30,124 nucleotides of DNA from Immundisolibacteraceae bacterium (lineage in GTDB: Bacteria > Pseudomonadota > Gammaproteobacteria > Immundisolibacterales > Immundisolibacteraceae): the NCBI GenBank assembly GCA_016763355.1, contig JAESTY010000294.1:1-30124 (forward strand), given 5' to 3'. The notes under the pieces were generated by a model that saw only the letters and a list, made by a program, of their open reading frames with translations, was not told where the DNA came from and did no database searches. This document shows positions 28,549 to 30,124 of this stretch, piece by piece. A program made the translations under genes and the position numbers. Each line of letters begins with the position of its first letter. The stretch's first letter is position 1.

Positions 28549-30124
28549 TTACTCGTTCGGTAACTCAGGGTTGAGCTTGCTATCCACATCTTGTGCATCA
28601 ATCACGTTACGGCTCTGATTGATAAATGCGGCCTCTGTGCCTGGGCCCGTAAATACATCAACACCGCTAGCCTCACGGATTAACTTCCATGTTTCAGCCT
28701 GCTTCTTGAGATCGTCAATCTCCTGTTGCTTAGCTTGCATGATTTGATCGAATTGCTGTTGCTGCGCTTCGAGGTCAATCTTCTGCTGACCTTGGTCAAT
28801 CTTAGCAGCGTCAACGTTGAACTTGTCATCCTGCCCCTTAACAAACTTCTGCACATCAAACTGTAACTTCTCGCGCTCGAGTGCAACCTTGTCTTGGTCT
28901 AGCGTAACCTGAGCTGATTTAACTTGAGCATTGAACTGAGCCTCCGATTGCTTGGTCTGAGCGTTTAACTGTTCAGCTTGCGCCTTGCCTTCTTCGGCTC
29001 GAGCCAAGACCATGTTTGGATCTTCTTGTGGCGGCTGTTGTTGTGCCGCTTCCTGTTGCGCTTGTATTTGCTGTCGCTCTTCGTCGGTCCACTGTGTTTC
29101 GGGTATCATTCCAGCGTTGAGCAATTGAACCCTAAAGCGCTCTGACATTTGATCCATGCCTGGGACCGCTAAGTTTTTAAGCCAGATGTCCATACCATTT
29201 TGAGCAATGGTCGGGTCGATAGCTGCCATGTCTAAGAATGCTTGAGCCGTTTCTTTCTGTTGACTGTTGAACGCTGGGCCAAAGTCACACACAACATCGT
29301 AATCTCCGATAGTTAAGTTGTTGAGCTCGACATTAGTTTGTGACTCCTGATCGAATACGGTTTGATTAAGGGTAACCATTGAGCTTGTACCGTCTTCCTC
29401 AAGTATTCTAACTTGACGGGTTGAGTCGTAGCTCTTAGGGATAGCGCCAATCAATATGCGCCCAGTGTGACAAACAGCAACCTCAAGCGCTTTAAACCAC
29501 TTGATGCTACCGATATTACCTTGCTCAATCTGCTGACCGCCAGCAATGCCGCTTTGAAGTGGGTTGGCGTTGCCCTGCATAGCTTGGAATGTATTAGACG
29601 ATGCGCCGATCATCTGCTGCATGTTGGCAATGGTTGTTTGCAATCCGTTACTAATCTGTACGCCGCCTGACATTATTGGTGCCATCGGGTGATCTTCGTC
29701 GGGTTCGAATGTTCTTACCGGGTGGCGATCGGTGTTCATGTTTGAGTAGTCGTTATCGCCTATTTGCTTATCTGTCATCCAGTAGAAAGGGCTAGGACTT
29801 AACGCACCATCTTCAATGTCGCGACTCATTGCGTAATTCAATACACGCTGGTGATCATAAAGGTTTTCGATCTTACCGCTGTATACCGGCTTGTTTTCAA
29901 TGATGTCAAAGTTTCCGTAAATTGGCACGACGGGGATAAAGTTAAACACCGTCTTAGTTTCAGCTTCTAGCCAGTCACCGCCATCAAACATGCGTGAGAA
30001 AACTTCCCATGATTTGCGAGTGCGCCGCTTTTCTTCGCCGTTAGCATCCGTCTCTATTTCAATTCCGCCTTGGGCTAGTTCATCTTTGACCTTTTCAAAG
30101 TCGTCATCATCGCGATAAACGGCA
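28549..30124 (-). CDS. Portal protein, P22 gp1-like (5' part outside the window)
   Basis: Frame is open from the window end; IPVVPIYG, QRVLNYAMS, GDYDVVCDFGPAFNSQQKE, Gln-rich coiled-coil barrel at the C-terminus. Confidence 0.93.
   Translation of the reverse strand, partial: AVYRDDDDFEKVKDELAQGGIEIETDANGEEKRRTRKSWEVFSRMFDGGDWLEAETKTVFNFIPVVPIYGNFDIIENKPVYSGKIENLYDHQRVLNYAMSRDIEDGALSPSPFYWMTDKQIGDNDYSNMNTDRHPVRTFEPDEDHPMAPIMSGGVQISNGLQTTIANMQQMIGASSNTFQAMQGNANPLQSGIAGGQQIEQGNIGSIKWFKALEVAVCHTGRILIGAIPKSYDSTRQVRILEEDGTSSMVTLNQTVFDQESQTNVELNNLTIGDYDVVCDFGPAFNSQQKETAQAFLDMAAIDPTIAQNGMDIWLKNLAVPGMDQMSERFRVQLLNAGMIPETQWTDEERQQIQAQQEAAQQQPPQEDPNMVLARAEEGKAQAEQLNAQTKQSEAQFNAQVKSAQVTLDQDKVALEREKLQFDVQKFVKGQDDKFNVDAAKIDQGQQKIDLEAQQQQFDQIMQAKQQEIDDLKKQAETWKLIREASGVDVFTGPGTEAAFINQSRNVIDAQDVDSKLNPELPNE

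Noticed and set aside
1-30124. Searched by eye for tRNA, CRISPR array, DGR (reverse transcriptase, TR/VR), invertase cassette, intein or intron, integrase/att
   Set aside because: No such signatures seen; tRNAscan, Infernal or self-dot-plot runs would be needed to exclude weak cases.

Overview
This window is most of the genome of a P22-like (short-tailed, lambdoid-mosaic) bacteriophage. No host genes, tRNAs, CRISPR arrays or IS elements are visible. A gammaproteobacterial, possibly marine, host is my inference from the gene families. Layout: (i) 1-4343, minus strand: phage Dam-type MTase, RecT, YqaJ/lambda exonuclease, PapB/FocB-like regulator, SSB-like protein with a Q/G tail, M15 endolysin; (ii) a divergent control region at 4343-4477 with a small Arc-like ribbon-helix-helix gene missed by the ORF track; (iii) 4477-11411, plus strand: replication initiator, lambda-P-like loader, N6/N4 MTase, many small accessory ORFs, DUF1367, NinG; (iv) 11408-30124, minus strand: P22-type virion module (portal partial, scaffold, coat, gp4-like, extra fibre, gp10-like, ejection proteins, lectin-rich fibre), interrupted by a plus-strand array of six small ORFs between portal and scaffold. 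Most notable observations: a cupin-SET-domain (lysine methyltransferase-like) fusion coupled to the first ejection-protein gene; seven copies of a 15-bp quasi-palindromic box, each exactly 18 nt upstream of a -10-like hexamer, defining a phage-specific promoter class; direct repeats of gene-junction sequences that bracket single accessory genes; a PLA2-like plus permuted papain-like enzyme pair ending the tail operon; and no visible integrase, CI/Cro or Q. All family assignments come from motif recognition by eye; no database searches were run.
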